DNA from: an uncultured Nitrososphaerales archaeon
GTDB taxonomy: Archaea > Thermoproteota > Nitrososphaeria > Nitrososphaerales > Nitrososphaeraceae
Direction: 5' to 3'
DNA length: 64,000 nt
Assembly: GCA_963713605.1 (NCBI GenBank)
Contig: CAVQMO010000015.1
Coordinates: forward strand, 1-64,000
Position numbers and translations under genes: made by a program. The first letter of the stretch is position 1; each line of letters starts with the position of its first letter. Below, piece after piece: positions 32,449 through 44,249 of this stretch. Below the pieces are notes generated by a model. The model had not been told where the DNA came from and ran no database searches. It saw nothing but the letters and a program-made list of their open reading frames with translations.

Positions 32449-33543
32449 TCAATCAGTAGTCGTTGTCAATCTATCAAGTTTCAAAATTGTAGCCAAAGTT
32501 AATTTAGTTACAGAAGTCAAATATTCATAGTCTAGAATATCAGAAGTATCAGTACTCTTATGATAATTTGGATTCCTTGTTACACCATCATCGTGAAAAC
32601 CAATAACTGTGTAACCTAAAGCTTCAAAAGGAAGATAATCACTATTTCCTAATACGCCTAGGGTTGCGTTTAGATTAATATATTTTTCAGCTACACCTTT
32701 GACGAAATTTGCAACAGCTCGTGAATATTTGTCATTATTTTGCACAACATTCCCATTATCATATTCTATTAGAAAATCATTAGTTTCTTCTGGAGAGAAA
32801 CCTATCATGTCTAGATTAATTAATAGATCAAGGTCTACATCTGTTTCATCAATATAGTCTGCATAATGTGTTGAACCCCATTTGCCTTGCTCTTCACCAG
32901 AGAATAGCACAAAGATGATGCTATGGTTCAGACTTACATTGGAAAGGATTCGTGCCACCTCCAATAATGCAGAAACACCACTAGCATTATCGTCAGCTCC
33001 TGGAGCTCTAGCAGTACTATTGTTAATGTCTTCCATTCTACTATCGTAATGGGCAGAAATTATTATCGTGCTATTTGTTGAACCTAATTTTTCACATGCT
33101 ATATTTTTTAGGTAATAGGTAGGCATCTTTTCTTGCTGGTGATCTTGTAGGCCGCCGACGTCATCTTCTTCGTTAGGAATATGCGTAAAATTATGGACGT
33201 ATACTTCTCTACTACAAATATTCTGAAGTTTCTCTGTTAACCAAGAAGCAACATCATCTATGAATTCGGATTCTGTATGTCGAGTATGAAATGAAGATAG
33301 ATCACGAACAGTTTTATTGAGATTATCTGGATGTACTTCATCTAATGCACCATTAGAAATGATGCTATCATAAATATCTGACTTCGCAGTAATTTTTGGA
33401 AAGGGGAAGGTTATAATAAAATCGTAATCATCTTCATCCATTAAGTGAAATGGGATTGGAAAATTAGTCAATGCGAACAAGTATAGCAATATGAAAATGA
33501 TCGGAAAATGCATAAGACTATAATGCAAACTTCTTTTATTCAT
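32449..33543 (-). CDS. M28-family metallopeptidase, exported
   Basis: SAHYDS, GADDNASG, GEEQG, NLDMIG, SDY, YH. Confidence 0.95.
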   Translation of the reverse strand: MNKRSLHYSLMHFPIIFILLYLFALTNFPIPFHLMDEDDYDFIITFPFPKITAKSDIYDSIISNGALDEVHPDNLNKTVRDLSSFHTRHTESEFIDDVASWLTEKLQNICSREVYVHNFTHIPNEEDDVGGLQDHQQEKMPTYYLKNIACEKLGSTNSTIIISAHYDSRMEDINNSTARAPGADDNASGVSALLEVARILSNVSLNHSIIFVLFSGEEQGKWGSTHYADYIDETDVDLDLLINLDMIGFSPEETNDFLIEYDNGNVVQNNDKYSRAVANFVKGVAEKYINLNATLGVLGNSDYLPFEALGYTVIGFHDDGVTRNPNYHKSTDTSDILDYEYLTSVTKLTLATILKLDRLTTTTD

Positions 33544-33556
33544 ATCACGATCTATT

Positions 33557-34395
33557 TTAGAGAAAATCAGAGAGATTTGCCTGCTTTGTTTTTATTAAAC
33601 TTGCATTATGATCATCATTTCCTTTCCCTGCTGGATTATCAACCTTCATAACATATTCTTCTCCCCATTTCACTTCTTCAAGACCTACCAGCCGTCTAAA
33701 GATATTAACCGTACCAGGTCCAAAGCCTGCATAATGATTATTTGCAGCAACAATTGCAAATTTGACTGGAGTTATATTTCCTTGATCAATTCCGGTTCTA
33801 AAATTGCGTTGCAATTTTTTTCATCTCTTTTATCCTATCAATCTGAATATGACCAAAATCTTTCTCTTGGATATTTCTATCTCCAATAAACCTCACGTAT
33901 ACAAAATCTGTAACTATAGGCGGAGTATGTATTTCTGCAAGCTGACCCCAGACCAGGCACATGTTATTGTTAGAAAGGAAATTGTAAGCCAGATCTTGAA
34001 ACCAAGATCTATGTCTTACTTCTACTGCGTATCTGAATCTATGATCTAGATATGGAATAATATTTCTTGGAGCATCAAGTCCTTCAACAATTTGAATAGA
34101 AGGTGGCAATTGTATCAAAAGTGCAAGTAGCTTTCCTTCAGTTCAGACATAGAATCTAAAAAGTAACCTAATTGATCCTCGTCAAAATACTTAATCTCTT
34201 ATCATGTGTTATTACTTTGGGGAATTCTGCAGTGAATCGAAAGTACTTCGAAGTCCTGTTGTACCAGTTCTTGACCATGAATTTGTTAGGAATTCTATGG
34301 AAGGAAGAGTCTATTTCTAACTCATTAGGAGTGTAATATTTCAGCCATCTCGAATTGATACAATTGCCACCTAGCGAAAAATTAGTCATGACCAA
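33557..34395 (-). pseudogene. DUF72 family protein, multiply frameshifted
   Basis: EIDSSFHRIP, KVITHDK, AVEVRHRSW, YVRFIGDR, NNHYAGFGP across three ORFs. Confidence 0.85.
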
Positions 34396-34492
34396 ATGAT
34401 GTTATCACCATTTTTTCTTAGTCTTATTGTCATCAATGTCATTCAACAGTATAGTATAGCATATTATTACTATTATTCATGCAAATCTGTAT

Positions 34493-35146
34493 ATGAAAGG
34501 AGAATGCAGCTTGATCAAGGGGACCATGATTTTGCTAATGTTATTTTTTGTTATGATAGTTGTCACCATTCTAGTAATAGATAAAGGTTTTAACAATGCT
34601 CTACCTGGTACGACGACCTTTGCTCAGACGTCAGGAAATGCGACATCGCCTCTTAATAAGACTCAGGAATGGATAAGTCAAAAAGATGCTGTGAAAATCA
34701 TTTTTACCTATCAACCGGAAAGACCGATCATTGACACATTTACTAAACTAGAATTCAGTGTTATCAATCTAACTAACAATGAAAATCTTAAGGATTTTGA
34801 TGCAAGGGTAGTTGTAACAAATGGTCAACGGTTGTTCAAATTCGAGAACATTACTGTACGAGACGGAGATTTTTCAGTTGAATACCTCTTCCCAGACGAC
34901 GGTACTCACCAGGTATTGACGAGAATAAGCAAGGGTAATGCTGTACAGGTTCTTGCCTCATTTAATGTGTTCGTGCCTCATCAAGCCCCACCAAGCCTTC
35001 TTAATCCCTTTCCCAATACTCCTGCAAGTGAGATAGAGTCTATCACTAGGGTTCTTACAATAATTATTTCATTTTCGATAATAGTAGTCGTTATTCTTAT
35101 GTTAAGAAAAGGGAAGAGCAGGAAGAGGAAAAAAGAGAGCTTCTGA
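34493..35146 (+). CDS. exported Ig-like protein with C-terminal membrane anchor
   Basis: Signal/TM, YLFPDDGTHQV, C-terminal TM plus basic tail. Confidence 0.75.
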   Translation: MKGECSLIKGTMILLMLFFVMIVVTILVIDKGFNNALPGTTTFAQTSGNATSPLNKTQEWISQKDAVKIIFTYQPERPIIDTFTKLEFSVINLTNNENLKDFDARVVVTNGQRLFKFENITVRDGDFSVEYLFPDDGTHQVLTRISKGNAVQVLASFNVFVPHQAPPSLLNPFPNTPASEIESITRVLTIIISFSIIVVVILMLRKGKSRKRKKESF

Positions 35147-35409
35147 GATTATGAGCACGCTGAGAATATTTGCTTATGTGTGACTGTAACTGACAGTGTG
35201 AGAAGCTCTAATGCCAAACTGCATAGGTTGAGTGAAGCCTTTCCTGGAGTCCGTATTCGAGCATTTGCAGTAATACGATAATAAGCAGAAGTCAAACCTT
35301 CAAGGCGATCTGAGGATCCATGTGTAGGGAACGTCACGCTAGCGGTTCGAGACTTTCAGAGAACCGTAAGTCAATACCAAAACTGGAGAGATAATCTAAA
35401 TGCATCAAA

Positions 35410-35640
35410 CTACCATGCAAAGGAGTACCGTCCATTCTCAACTGCATCCTGAAATTGGCGAGGTGTGAGTTTGTCTACCACTTTTTTCAAGTTTCTCTTC
35501 TCTTTTTCATCCTCTGATTCAACTACTATGTACCATCTCTCCAATTTCTGTTTCCAGATAGCCACAATTCTTACTCCTGTTGTCGTAGTCAACACTACGA
35601 CACTTCTTTGCTCCAATATTATTACTGGCGCAATGGATAA
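35410..35640 (-). CDS. hypothetical protein, paralog of 52544..52738
   Basis: VVVLTTTTGVRIVAIWKQKLERWY..VVDKLTPRQFQ. Confidence 0.65.
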   Translation of the reverse strand, partial: LSIAPVIILEQRSVVVLTTTTGVRIVAIWKQKLERWYIVVESEDEKEKRNLKKVVDKLTPRQFQDAVENGRYSFAW

Positions 35641-35734
35641 GATTAACGCTACTTAACCTAGATTGTGATAAATAATAATGGATAGCTCGCAATAATCAAC
35701 TTAGGAGTGTTTAACCCTTATAGGCTTCTCTATA

Positions 35735-35920
35735 TGGCTTAGCTCACATTCTGCCTTGGACAATACTGTAAGCAGGATAGGGAATGTATCTGAAGATACT
35801 GGTATCCTGATACTTCAAGGAGAAAATGATAGCTCGACTCCACTTGAACAAGGGTTACTATTACAACAGAGACTAACAGAAGTAAATCACCCTGATCACC
35901 TGCTTATTACATATCCAGAC
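35735..35920 (+). pseudogene. C-terminal remnant of an alpha/beta hydrolase
   Basis: ILILQGENDSSTPLEQGLLLQQRLTEVNHPDHLLITYPD. Confidence 0.65.
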
Positions 35921-36079
35921 ATGATATAAGGATCACTCTCGTAGAACCTTCATAATAGTAAGACTATTCTGAACTGTGTTTGGGACTGCTTATCTACGGT
36001 AAGCAAATTTGGACGCTCTTCAAATATTTATTCTACCAGAGAATAAGAAATTGTCGGTAACTAGCCCACTTTAGAGAGG

Positions 36080-36286
36080 CTAACGCATCGATTCACACTC
36101 TTCTTTAGACCATCCTCGTTTAACCGGTACTATGTTTCGTGTACGAGGATGTTCTACCCACCAATTCACAAGACCATTGCAATTACCGCATCGTAATTCA
36201 ATTCTTGAACCATTTATCCTGAAATATTGTACTTGCTTCAAACCATTCATGTGTTGATTACAGTTACAATCTTTAATGCTAGACAT
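36080..36286 (-). CDS. small Cys-rich Zn-binding protein
   Basis: CNC..CGNC..WW. Confidence 0.7.
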   Translation of the reverse strand: MSSIKDCNCNQHMNGLKQVQYFRINGSRIELRCGNCNGLVNWWVEHPRTRNIVPVKRGWSKEECESMR

Positions 36287-36375
36287 TTTGTATTAATTCT
36301 ACAAATCTTCGAAAAACAAGATAATATCAGGTGTGATCAATAAGACTATCAAAAGAGTATATGATGGATATTATC

Positions 36376-36545
36376 TTACTTCATAGCATTTGCTTCAGCT
36401 AGTCAAATATTATACATCACATGTCCTATTTTTTTTCCATTCACTGTTAAAATTCGGCCTGTTCAACCGCTTACGGCGTTATTTAGTTGATCTACTTCAT
36501 TGCTTCTTCAAAAGTACTTGCAGTGAGAGGTGAGCTACCCTTAAA
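36376..36545. repeat. dispersed intergenic repeat, copy 2
   Basis: Aligns with 12765-12950 in the same orientation. Confidence 0.75.
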
Positions 36546-36814
36546 GTTTCATTATATGTCGGAAGACGAAGGATATTTCGGTTACGGTTCTTGCTGAGCA
36601 AGGTCATTGCCGTGTCTATAGTGTCGACATTATATGACTTCGTAGTGCTCCGATCTGTATAGCGAGTTCGGGGTCATAAGTGGATTATTTCATCCATTCT
36701 ATTCGAAGTTTTAGCTAAGATTTGGCAAGACAAATCTATATGAACATTATATAAGATAATTACTGAGCTTGTATTCGTCTATTTGATATATCTCGAATTA
36801 CTTCTATACCTTAA

Positions 36815-37165
36815 ATGAATAGAAGTATACCGGTAATTTTAGCTGTAGTCGTAATTACAGCAATGATAGGAGTTAATGTATCCTTAGAACAAGCATTTGC
36901 ATCTGCTTCCGCATCTGCTGCAGCAAGTGGCGGATCAGCGGCAGCGGCAGCGGCGGCAGGGGATAGTTCGGCAGCAGCGGCAGCAAGTGGCGGATCAGCG
37001 GCAGCAGCGGCAGCGGCGGCAGGGGATAGTTCGGCAGCAGCGGCAGCAAGTGGCGGATCAGCGGCAGCAGCAGCAGCATCATCAGATGATGATGACGATC
37101 ATCATCGTCATCATCATTATGACTGTGACGATGATGATGACTGTGATGACGAGGACGACGATTAA
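36815..37165 (+). CDS. secreted poly-Ala/Ser repeat protein with His/Asp/Cys tail
   Basis: Signal ending AFA; (SGGSAAAAAAAGDSSAAAAA)n; tail DDDDDHHRHHHYDCDDDDDCDD. Confidence 0.85.
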   Translation: MNRSIPVILAVVVITAMIGVNVSLEQAFASASASAAASGGSAAAAAAAGDSSAAAAASGGSAAAAAAAAGDSSAAAAASGGSAAAAAASSDDDDDHHRHHHYDCDDDDDCDDEDDD

Positions 37166-37245
37166 GGAGCAAACCGCCCTATCCTTTCTTTTTTAACATA
37201 AATTCCGATCAGTTAAGATGATAGTAAATTAAAATGTGATTTGAG

Positions 37246-37932
37246 ATGAATAATATTATGAAAATAAACAAAATGAAATCATTATCCCTCAACCATTTGC
37301 CGGCTGGTTGTACCTTAATCAGTTTCTCATTGCTATTATTATTGTCATTTTTGGTCTTGCCATTGAATGTTAATGCTGCGGTAGACATTGACACCTCTGG
37401 AGATGGAAGAGCAGCCGCTTTTGATGGCGAAGAAGGAATTGCCACCGAAGGTGATAGCTTCTGCAGCATTACAGATGATATTGCAGGAGGAAAGTTTTCA
37501 ACACTCTTTGAAGGGATAGTGGGAGAGTGTGATGACTCACAATTATCAAACCAATTCTTGGTAGAATACACATTTACAAAGAATCCAGTAAAGGTAGGAG
37601 AAAAATCATATTTCACAGTAACTGTCAAGGATAAGAATTCTGGCAATCCAATTTCCGACGCATTTGTGACACTAGATATCCAGCCTCCATCATCAACTTC
37701 ATTTGAAACTAGTTCAACTGGTGGCGCAGTAGCAGCTGCAGGTATATCTTCAACTCAAGAGATAGGACAAGAAAAAACAGCTCAAGCTACGAATACAGAT
37801 AACAATGGACGTGCAACATTTACTGTAGAAGTAGGACCTAAATCTGATTTAGGTATTTACGATACAGAACTTAAAGTTGCAAAAGATAGCTATCAATCAA
37901 GTTTCGAACAACTAGACTTTCGTGTAGTATAA
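37246..37932 (+). CDS. secreted Ig-like domain protein, paralogous to the domain in 31012..31926
   Basis: TVTVKDKNSGNPISDA..TDNNGRATF..GIYD..KDSY. Confidence 0.85.
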   Translation: MNNIMKINKMKSLSLNHLPAGCTLISFSLLLLLSFLVLPLNVNAAVDIDTSGDGRAAAFDGEEGIATEGDSFCSITDDIAGGKFSTLFEGIVGECDDSQLSNQFLVEYTFTKNPVKVGEKSYFTVTVKDKNSGNPISDAFVTLDIQPPSSTSFETSSTGGAVAAAGISSTQEIGQEKTAQATNTDNNGRATFTVEVGPKSDLGIYDTELKVAKDSYQSSFEQLDFRVV

Positions 37933-38148
37933 AGGCTTCAATCCCTCTTATCTTTTGATCTCATCTATTAGCATTCTTCTCGATAGATCGAGTATTTATT
38001 AATAAATTTGGCATATCATACATTCATGATTAATGATAATGACTAGACTTGGGATAGTTTATTCCATAGATTTTCAAATATATACAGTTGCTACTTTACG
38101 GTTTCAGTTAAATCAACACACTATGTTAGTCATGGCAATGATAGTACA

Positions 38149-39114
38149 TTATTGTTGTTTGATTTCTGATTGAATCCAAAGGTTCTCAAATATAGAAGCA
38201 TAAGAAAAAACGGTTGATTCACTATTTGAGTATGTAGCCAAACCAATTGAATTCTCATCCTCCTTTTCTTCTATTACCAATGATAACTCTCTGTCTGTTA
38301 CTATGGTCGTTAGTCTAGTTTGTATCGACTTGAGCAGATGGCGCAGCTCTATACGTTGATATCCATTCAATAGCTCAATGTCATTCCCTTGTCCTACGAG
38401 TATTCTAACTGCAATCTCATCTGTAGCCTTCTGTTTCAGAAGATTCTATTATTCCTTGATTATGATATTGATGAAGTATATTTGCATGTGAAAATATTAT
38501 CAGAATCTCTTCAGTTGCAGAAGATAGAACTTTGAAATAAGGCTATTTGTTTCTTCAGAATCTTGGATTGTTTCTATGAATTCTCTTTTTATACCCTCTT
38601 CTATCTCCTTTATCCTTTGCTTAGCAAGAATCGCCTTTTTCCATAGCATATCAAAAAAGTACTGTTGCTATTCAACAAAAGCCCTTAAGGTGCTAGTAAT
38701 AAGTAATGGAGGAGGTGAAGATTCAACTGTTTTTGCCCCAGCTGTGTAATATTTTCCGTCAGCTATTCCAAAATTCCCTTTTACTTCATCCAAGTGACGT
38801 AGCTCACATACGCTCATAAGTTCTTTACAATATCTTATGTTATCCTTTGTAATTTCAGCAATAAATCTTAATCGTATTCCTCTCGCTTTAAGTTCTCTAT
38901 AGGCATTAGTAATTGGATGATTAGGAATTACAAACATTGACGGACCATTAGAGTCAATACAATTATTAACAGATTCTCTGAGGATAGAAATTGTGGTAAG
39001 AACATACTTAACTATGTTTTCAGCACCATAGATTACTTCCGTCTTCTCCTCTGTCGTGGAATGTGCTGAATTCATCAAATAAGTAATCGTTAATACCATG
39101 AATATATGTTGCAT
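38149..39114 (-). pseudogene. histidine-kinase N-terminal sensor region, broken, no kinase domain
   Basis: Parallels 13080..14783 (TEVIYGAENI, LRHLDEVKGNF, IGLATYSNS); in-frame TAG at 38668 plus frameshifts. Confidence 0.8.
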
Positions 39115-39288
39115 CCAACAGTTCTATGAATAACATGACAGAAAGTTTATAGTACGAATTTGAATCATAAATCGCTTGGCAAGTATAAATTTCACTATCA
39201 ACGGCATTTTAATCTAGTATTTAATACAATCATTCACTCCTTAGATCTATCATTTTTATTCAGTATGTATCATAATGCATAGAGAAAA

Positions 39289-39837
39289 ATGGATTTCGAT
39301 GAAGTGGTTAAGAAAAGAAAGATGATAAGAGAATATCAACAGGATAGACAAATTCCAAATGACATAATAAACAAACTTCTTATAAACGCGCATAGTTCGC
39401 CCAGCGCTGGACATACTCAAGTACAGGAGTTTATTGTTGTATTAGATCCTATTACAAAAAGGAAATTATGTCAGGCATCGCTAGGACAAAGTCAGGTTGA
39501 AGATGCATCAGTTCTAATAGTTGTGTGTTCAAACACATCAAGGTCTGTTGAAAGATATAAAAAAAGAGGTACTGAATTCTATAGTATTATCGATGGTGCG
39601 TTTGCTTCTATGATTATACTGTTAAGTGCAGTTAACGCAGGTATCGGAGCTAGTTTTGTTGGAGCGTTTGAAGATAATGAAGTATCAAGAATTCTTGGAT
39701 TACCAGTATACGTTAAACCAATAGGAATAATTACATTAGGATATCCAGCTGAAAATCCAGAAAGATTCGAAAGGATAGAACTGAATAACCTCGTTCATTA
39801 TGAAAAGTATGATAGAAGAAAACAAGTAGCAGAATGA
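39289..39837 (+). CDS. nitroreductase family protein
   Basis: KRKMIREY, SPSAGHTQ, GIGASFVG, LGYP. Confidence 0.9.
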   Translation: MDFDEVVKKRKMIREYQQDRQIPNDIINKLLINAHSSPSAGHTQVQEFIVVLDPITKRKLCQASLGQSQVEDASVLIVVCSNTSRSVERYKKRGTEFYSIIDGAFASMIILLSAVNAGIGASFVGAFEDNEVSRILGLPVYVKPIGIITLGYPAENPERFERIELNNLVHYEKYDRRKQVAE

Positions 39838-40033
39838 TGTACAGAATATTTGACAAATGAGAATTTAGTTGGCAGATACCACATATTCAACTAGCATGGC
39901 TGATTATGTTCCATCTGAAGAGCTTTGGCTTTCAATTCAATATTAATTACTATTAGATATTATTTGGGATTAAATGCAAGTTCTGCGCTCTAAGTTACAC
40001 CAAGATAAATAGCACAAGGATAAAGAAAAGTGT

Positions 40034-40648
40034 ATGTTAGAGGAAAGAGGTGAAGAATTCACTTCAACTAAAGAGATGATAAAACAGCCAGGAGAAAGGG
40101 AAGAAGGACCTACTGTAACCGAAGTGTCAGATAGACGGGTTTCGATAGGAGAGGCATCGGCTATAGTACCCCAAGAAGGAAGATAGCAAGAACAAGAACA
40201 AGAACAAGTAAAACAGGAACCCAAAATTAGCAAAAGGAAACAGAAGAGGAGGGTGGTGACTTCTTATCTATCAGACATATCAAAACAAGTAGAGAAGAAT
40301 GGGAATCAGATTAATAGGATAACAATGATGGTTCAATCGATACAGAAGCAGAAACCAACAAGAACAACAACAGTTGCAGCAGAGGGCCAGTCACAAATGC
40401 AACTTGTGAAGCACATCAAATCCCAAATGAGTCAGTTGCAAAAACAGGTGGCACGAATTCACAATGACATTCAAAAGATATGAATAACTTCTGAAACAGC
40501 AATAACTACAAAAGCAAAATTTAAAAAAATAGCCTCTTCCAGTGCTAACATTAAACCTAGATCTAAGAAAAGCAAGTCACTTAAGACTACTAAAGTCAAA
40601 AGAGGTGGATGGGCGGGTGCCAATAAGTTTCATTTGTTGGGGAGGTAG
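40034..40648 (+). pseudogene. coiled-coil protein with basic tail, two in-frame stops
   Basis: Single frame interrupted by TAG at 40184 and TGA at 40481. Confidence 0.6.
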
Positions 40649-41526
40649 TTGATGTAATCACATTCTCGGATTTTTTTTGGATTTAATGTATAACCTAAGT
40701 GAGAACGCCGTAAATTCTTGATCATTATTTCCAGTAGTTATAGTTGGCATTATTTCTTCACTAATATGCTAAATTAGTATATTCAGTGCATCGAGCTTAG
40801 ATACCCCAATGTCTTTAGTTATCTGTCCAGCTGCTCTTTCGATACCCCTTCAGTATCCAACTGTGTTTACCCTTCTTTTGTTTAGGTAGCTTTTATATCG
40901 TTATCTTATTCTATTTCACCCTAACAACATCTACTTGACCGCTATGCAGCCAATCTTTGAGTTCTTCGTGAGATCCCTCTTAGTTTGTATGTTTAAGAGG
41001 AATGCATTTCCTGGTATTGCCCTATGTGCTAATATTTCTTGGGAGTTTATATTCTCATTTTTTCTACCTTCTTCTCCACCCCAACTATTTGTAAATCATC
41101 TCTGGTTTGGATTGGACTGTGTGATTGTATTTCAGTTCTTCCGATACTACAAATGTTTAAGCAAATAACATATATCTTAACAAGTATCATATTTAGATCA
41201 ATAATTGTTATAGCTACAAAGAGTTAGAGCTAACTCTTGTTTATCATAACTTTCATTAGTATGAAGCTAGTATGCAGTAAGACGATTCAGGCGTTCATAT
41301 TATAACAGTCATACAATCAGAAATAGTGAGAAACTACCACGTCGATAAATATTTCACTATACTTCTTCATGTTCACATATTGCTTGAACTGCATAATCTT
41401 TCTTCGCACGTGACCTTTCATCTACCTCAAGTCAGATGGAGACAACTGCCGATCTAAAATCTCATGCATTTGAACAAATCAAAATGTTATATGCAACAAA
41501 AATTATAATTTGCCTCTTCGCTCTTA

Positions 41527-42117
41527 TCAGCGAATACCATTTTCCCATCTCTTGAATCTGTAATAAATATTTCTTCGTTGCCTTCGCAATTCCCTTGATT
41601 GTGATTTCATGTCGCTAATTGGTTCTAATTGTGTCTCAAATACAGTAGCTATTCTTTCAAACAATGATAGTAAAGGAGGCTTGTTTGAACCTGCGATATT
41701 AATACTTTCATCATGCAAATGCCTTTCATTAACTTCTTGATTACCTGAATAGAGATCGTTATTATGATCAGGTTTAGAGGATTTTTTATTTTCACTCTCA
41801 TCCCTTTTTTTGAAGAGAAACCATTCCTTGAAATCGGCATAGTCATCTTTAACAAGTCCAATGCCTAAGCCAGTAAGTATAGCTGCGGGAACAGACGTAC
41901 TTCTAAAAAATACAGACAACATTAATAATGCACCTATTTGACCATGATGCATCCTTCTATTGAAAAAATACACTTTTTGAGGCGGGGAAAGTGACGATCC
42001 TCCCGGATCCGTTCGATTTCTCTTGTTCCAATAATCTGCTATTACTTCTGCAGCTGTTAGACCAAGAATGATTCCTCCTTCGACCCCTAAACCGCATAAA
42101 AGTCCGTACAATACCAT
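41527..42117 (-). CDS. membrane hypothetical protein
   Basis: RMHHGQIG..GLGIGLVKDD..DF.EW motif. Confidence 0.7.
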   Translation of the reverse strand: MVLYGLLCGLGVEGGIILGLTAAEVIADYWNKRNRTDPGGSSLSPPQKVYFFNRRMHHGQIGALLMLSVFFRSTSVPAAILTGLGIGLVKDDYADFKEWFLFKKRDESENKKSSKPDHNNDLYSGNQEVNERHLHDESINIAGSNKPPLLSLFERIATVFETQLEPISDMKSQSRELRRQRRNIYYRFKRWENGIR

Positions 42118-42328
42118 TACAAATAATATATTTGAGTAGTCATTATAAGTATTACACTACACTGTGAAATCATCACTTCGGCTGCTTGCCTTCGAGTAAT
42201 CATATTGAGACACCATAATATCGGCACGATCATCAGGGCATCAATTAGAATTGGTCAAAGTTGCTCGAGAATATGAATTAGAGCTTGTTTAACTAATTTA
42301 TAAATCTCCAAATGTGGTCGTAACTTTA

Positions 42329-42760
42329 CTAATCTCGCTGTTTAGCAGATGATGATTGAATTAGTTCAGAAATATGTTCAAGGATTTTGATATGGTGATC
42401 TTCGTCTACTACGATGCTTCTTAAAATGGATTTTGATTCAGGATCATCTGTCATTTCAATACAATTGTAAAGGAGATCTCGAGATTCTTTCTCTTCAGAA
42501 ATAGATTTCGCTATTCCCTTGCTTGTCAAGGCTCTACTACTACTTCCACCTTCAATATTTGACATCATTGCTGAAATGTATTGCACATGTTTAAGTCCAT
42601 CGGTAAGTAACGTCTGAAAATATGTTCTTATGAGGTTGTTTTGCATGCTACCCAAAAGTTCCATATAATGTGAGAGTTCACTCAGTTCTGCCTCGTATTG
42701 GGACTTGAGCAGATTATATAATTTTTGCTTTCTTTTAAAATCCTCTAATCCCAATGCCAT
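42329..42760 (-). CDS. ferritin-like/rubrerythrin-like four-helix protein
   Basis: E..DxxKH and EEKE..DEDHH di-metal-like motifs. Confidence 0.75.
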   Translation of the reverse strand: MALGLEDFKRKQKLYNLLKSQYEAELSELSHYMELLGSMQNNLIRTYFQTLLTDGLKHVQYISAMMSNIEGGSSSRALTSKGIAKSISEEKESRDLLYNCIEMTDDPESKSILRSIVVDEDHHIKILEHISELIQSSSAKQRD

Positions 42761-42907
42761 AATCTATACTATTTCTTTTCTTATCAAGGTTCCTATTTAA
42801 AACAGCCTTAAAATTCTCCAAAATATTCAAAAACTCCAATTTTCTATTTATGTCTTGTAATGCTTTGCTTACTGCTATACATTGAAAAGATGATATTTTA
42901 CACTCCC

Positions 42908-43102
42908 CTATTTTTTCCCTGTATAATTGGCTGGTATCTTGTATTTTTTACCTTCTAGTCTATACAATTTCCAGCAATCTGCGTGTAAGAATCTAAGTGA
43001 ATCTATATCTTTGCTATCCTGATTAGCTCCACAATAATCACATATTCTTCCCTGATTAAATAGGTCGGATCTTGTGATCCTATTTGCCTTCAATAATATC
43101 AC
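42908..43102 (-). CDS. small Zn-finger protein
   Basis: CDYC..HADC. Confidence 0.5.
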   Translation of the reverse strand: MILLKANRITRSDLFNQGRICDYCGANQDSKDIDSLRFLHADCWKLYRLEGKKYKIPANYTGKK

Positions 43103-43331
43103 CTCCCTCTTCTCCTCCTACATACCAAATTAGCCAAATCTCTGTCAGGTATTTGTTATGTCGGATCAGAATAATTAACTTTTCAAAAATAAACTGTCAT
43201 AGATATCAGATTCGTACCCCCACATTGACGATAAAAGTACACTCGTCTTCGTTACGGATTGAAAAGAAAAGAATTCAATACAGGAGATCATTGTCATCAT
43301 CACATATTCACTGCTTTTAGCTTCCAATATC

Positions 43332-43786
43332 TTAATCAGCTATATCCTTTTCTGCGAGTATTTTTGTAGGTTTTATACGTATAACGACTTCGTCTTCGCC
43401 ACTATTTCTCTTGCCATATGCTTCAGCTTTCTCCTTACCCATATATCGTTCTGCTATTCTGGTAGCCCACTTAAGAAGTTCTTTCTGTTTATAACGAAAT
43501 ATTTTTGCAGTACCATCAATAATTACAAATGAGAACTGGGGTGTCTGATCATCTACACAAATGCTTACTCTACTGTCACGTTCAATATTTCTTGCCTTAA
43601 CCGAGTCCTTATAGGTGGTAAAGGTGATATCTCCTATTTTTCTGGTTGTTCGATCTTTTTCCTCATCTAACACAAACCAAATTGGAACAACGTGAGGACT
43701 CCCATCTTTTTTCCTGTAGTAAGTTTTCCCGTAAAAGTACCTTGCATAAGAAATTTTTTAATTTCTTTATTGGACATTTTTGCCAT
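43332..43786 (-). pseudogene. PPOX-class F420-dependent oxidoreductase, frameshift ~43715
   Basis: KDGSPHVVPIWF, KARNIERDSRVSICVDD. Confidence 0.85.
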
Positions 43787-44249
43787 TACCGTTAGTTATC
43801 TAGTTAGTTGAATATAATATGTGAGGAGTTTTTGGTAAATAATGCTGCGATTTTACTCAGCTAATGCCGTAACACCTGGGTCATCCTTAAAAGCATAATT
43901 CGATATGCTACAGTATTATTACTTGACGAACCTTAGCAACGTATCTACCTAGACGACATTATTCGCATGAAACCTTAATAACAGTCCAAATATTGAATTT
44001 GAAGATGTGGTTATGCCAGAGACCCTAAGTATGGCAAGCAGACAAAGTAGGCAACATCCAGAAAAGTTGGGCCACAAGGAAAAAAATAGTATTATTGATA
44101 TCAAAATTAATAGCATTTGGTACCAGTATCAGGTGCAAAATTCCAGCAATACCAGTACAGGCTGCTGCTCCATATTCTTCACCTGGAGGTATGCGTGCAT
44201 GCTGAATACTACAAAGCATCCCAAACTAATGTATAACAGAATAAGTTGT

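Noticed and set aside
36920..37075. ~60-bp periodic repeats as a possible CRISPR array
   Set aside because: In-frame coding repeats with no unique spacers and no cas genes
40034..40648. In-frame TAG/TGA as possible stop-codon recoding
   Set aside because: All three stop types interrupt different remnants in the window; ordinary nonsense decay is simpler and no recoding machinery is visible
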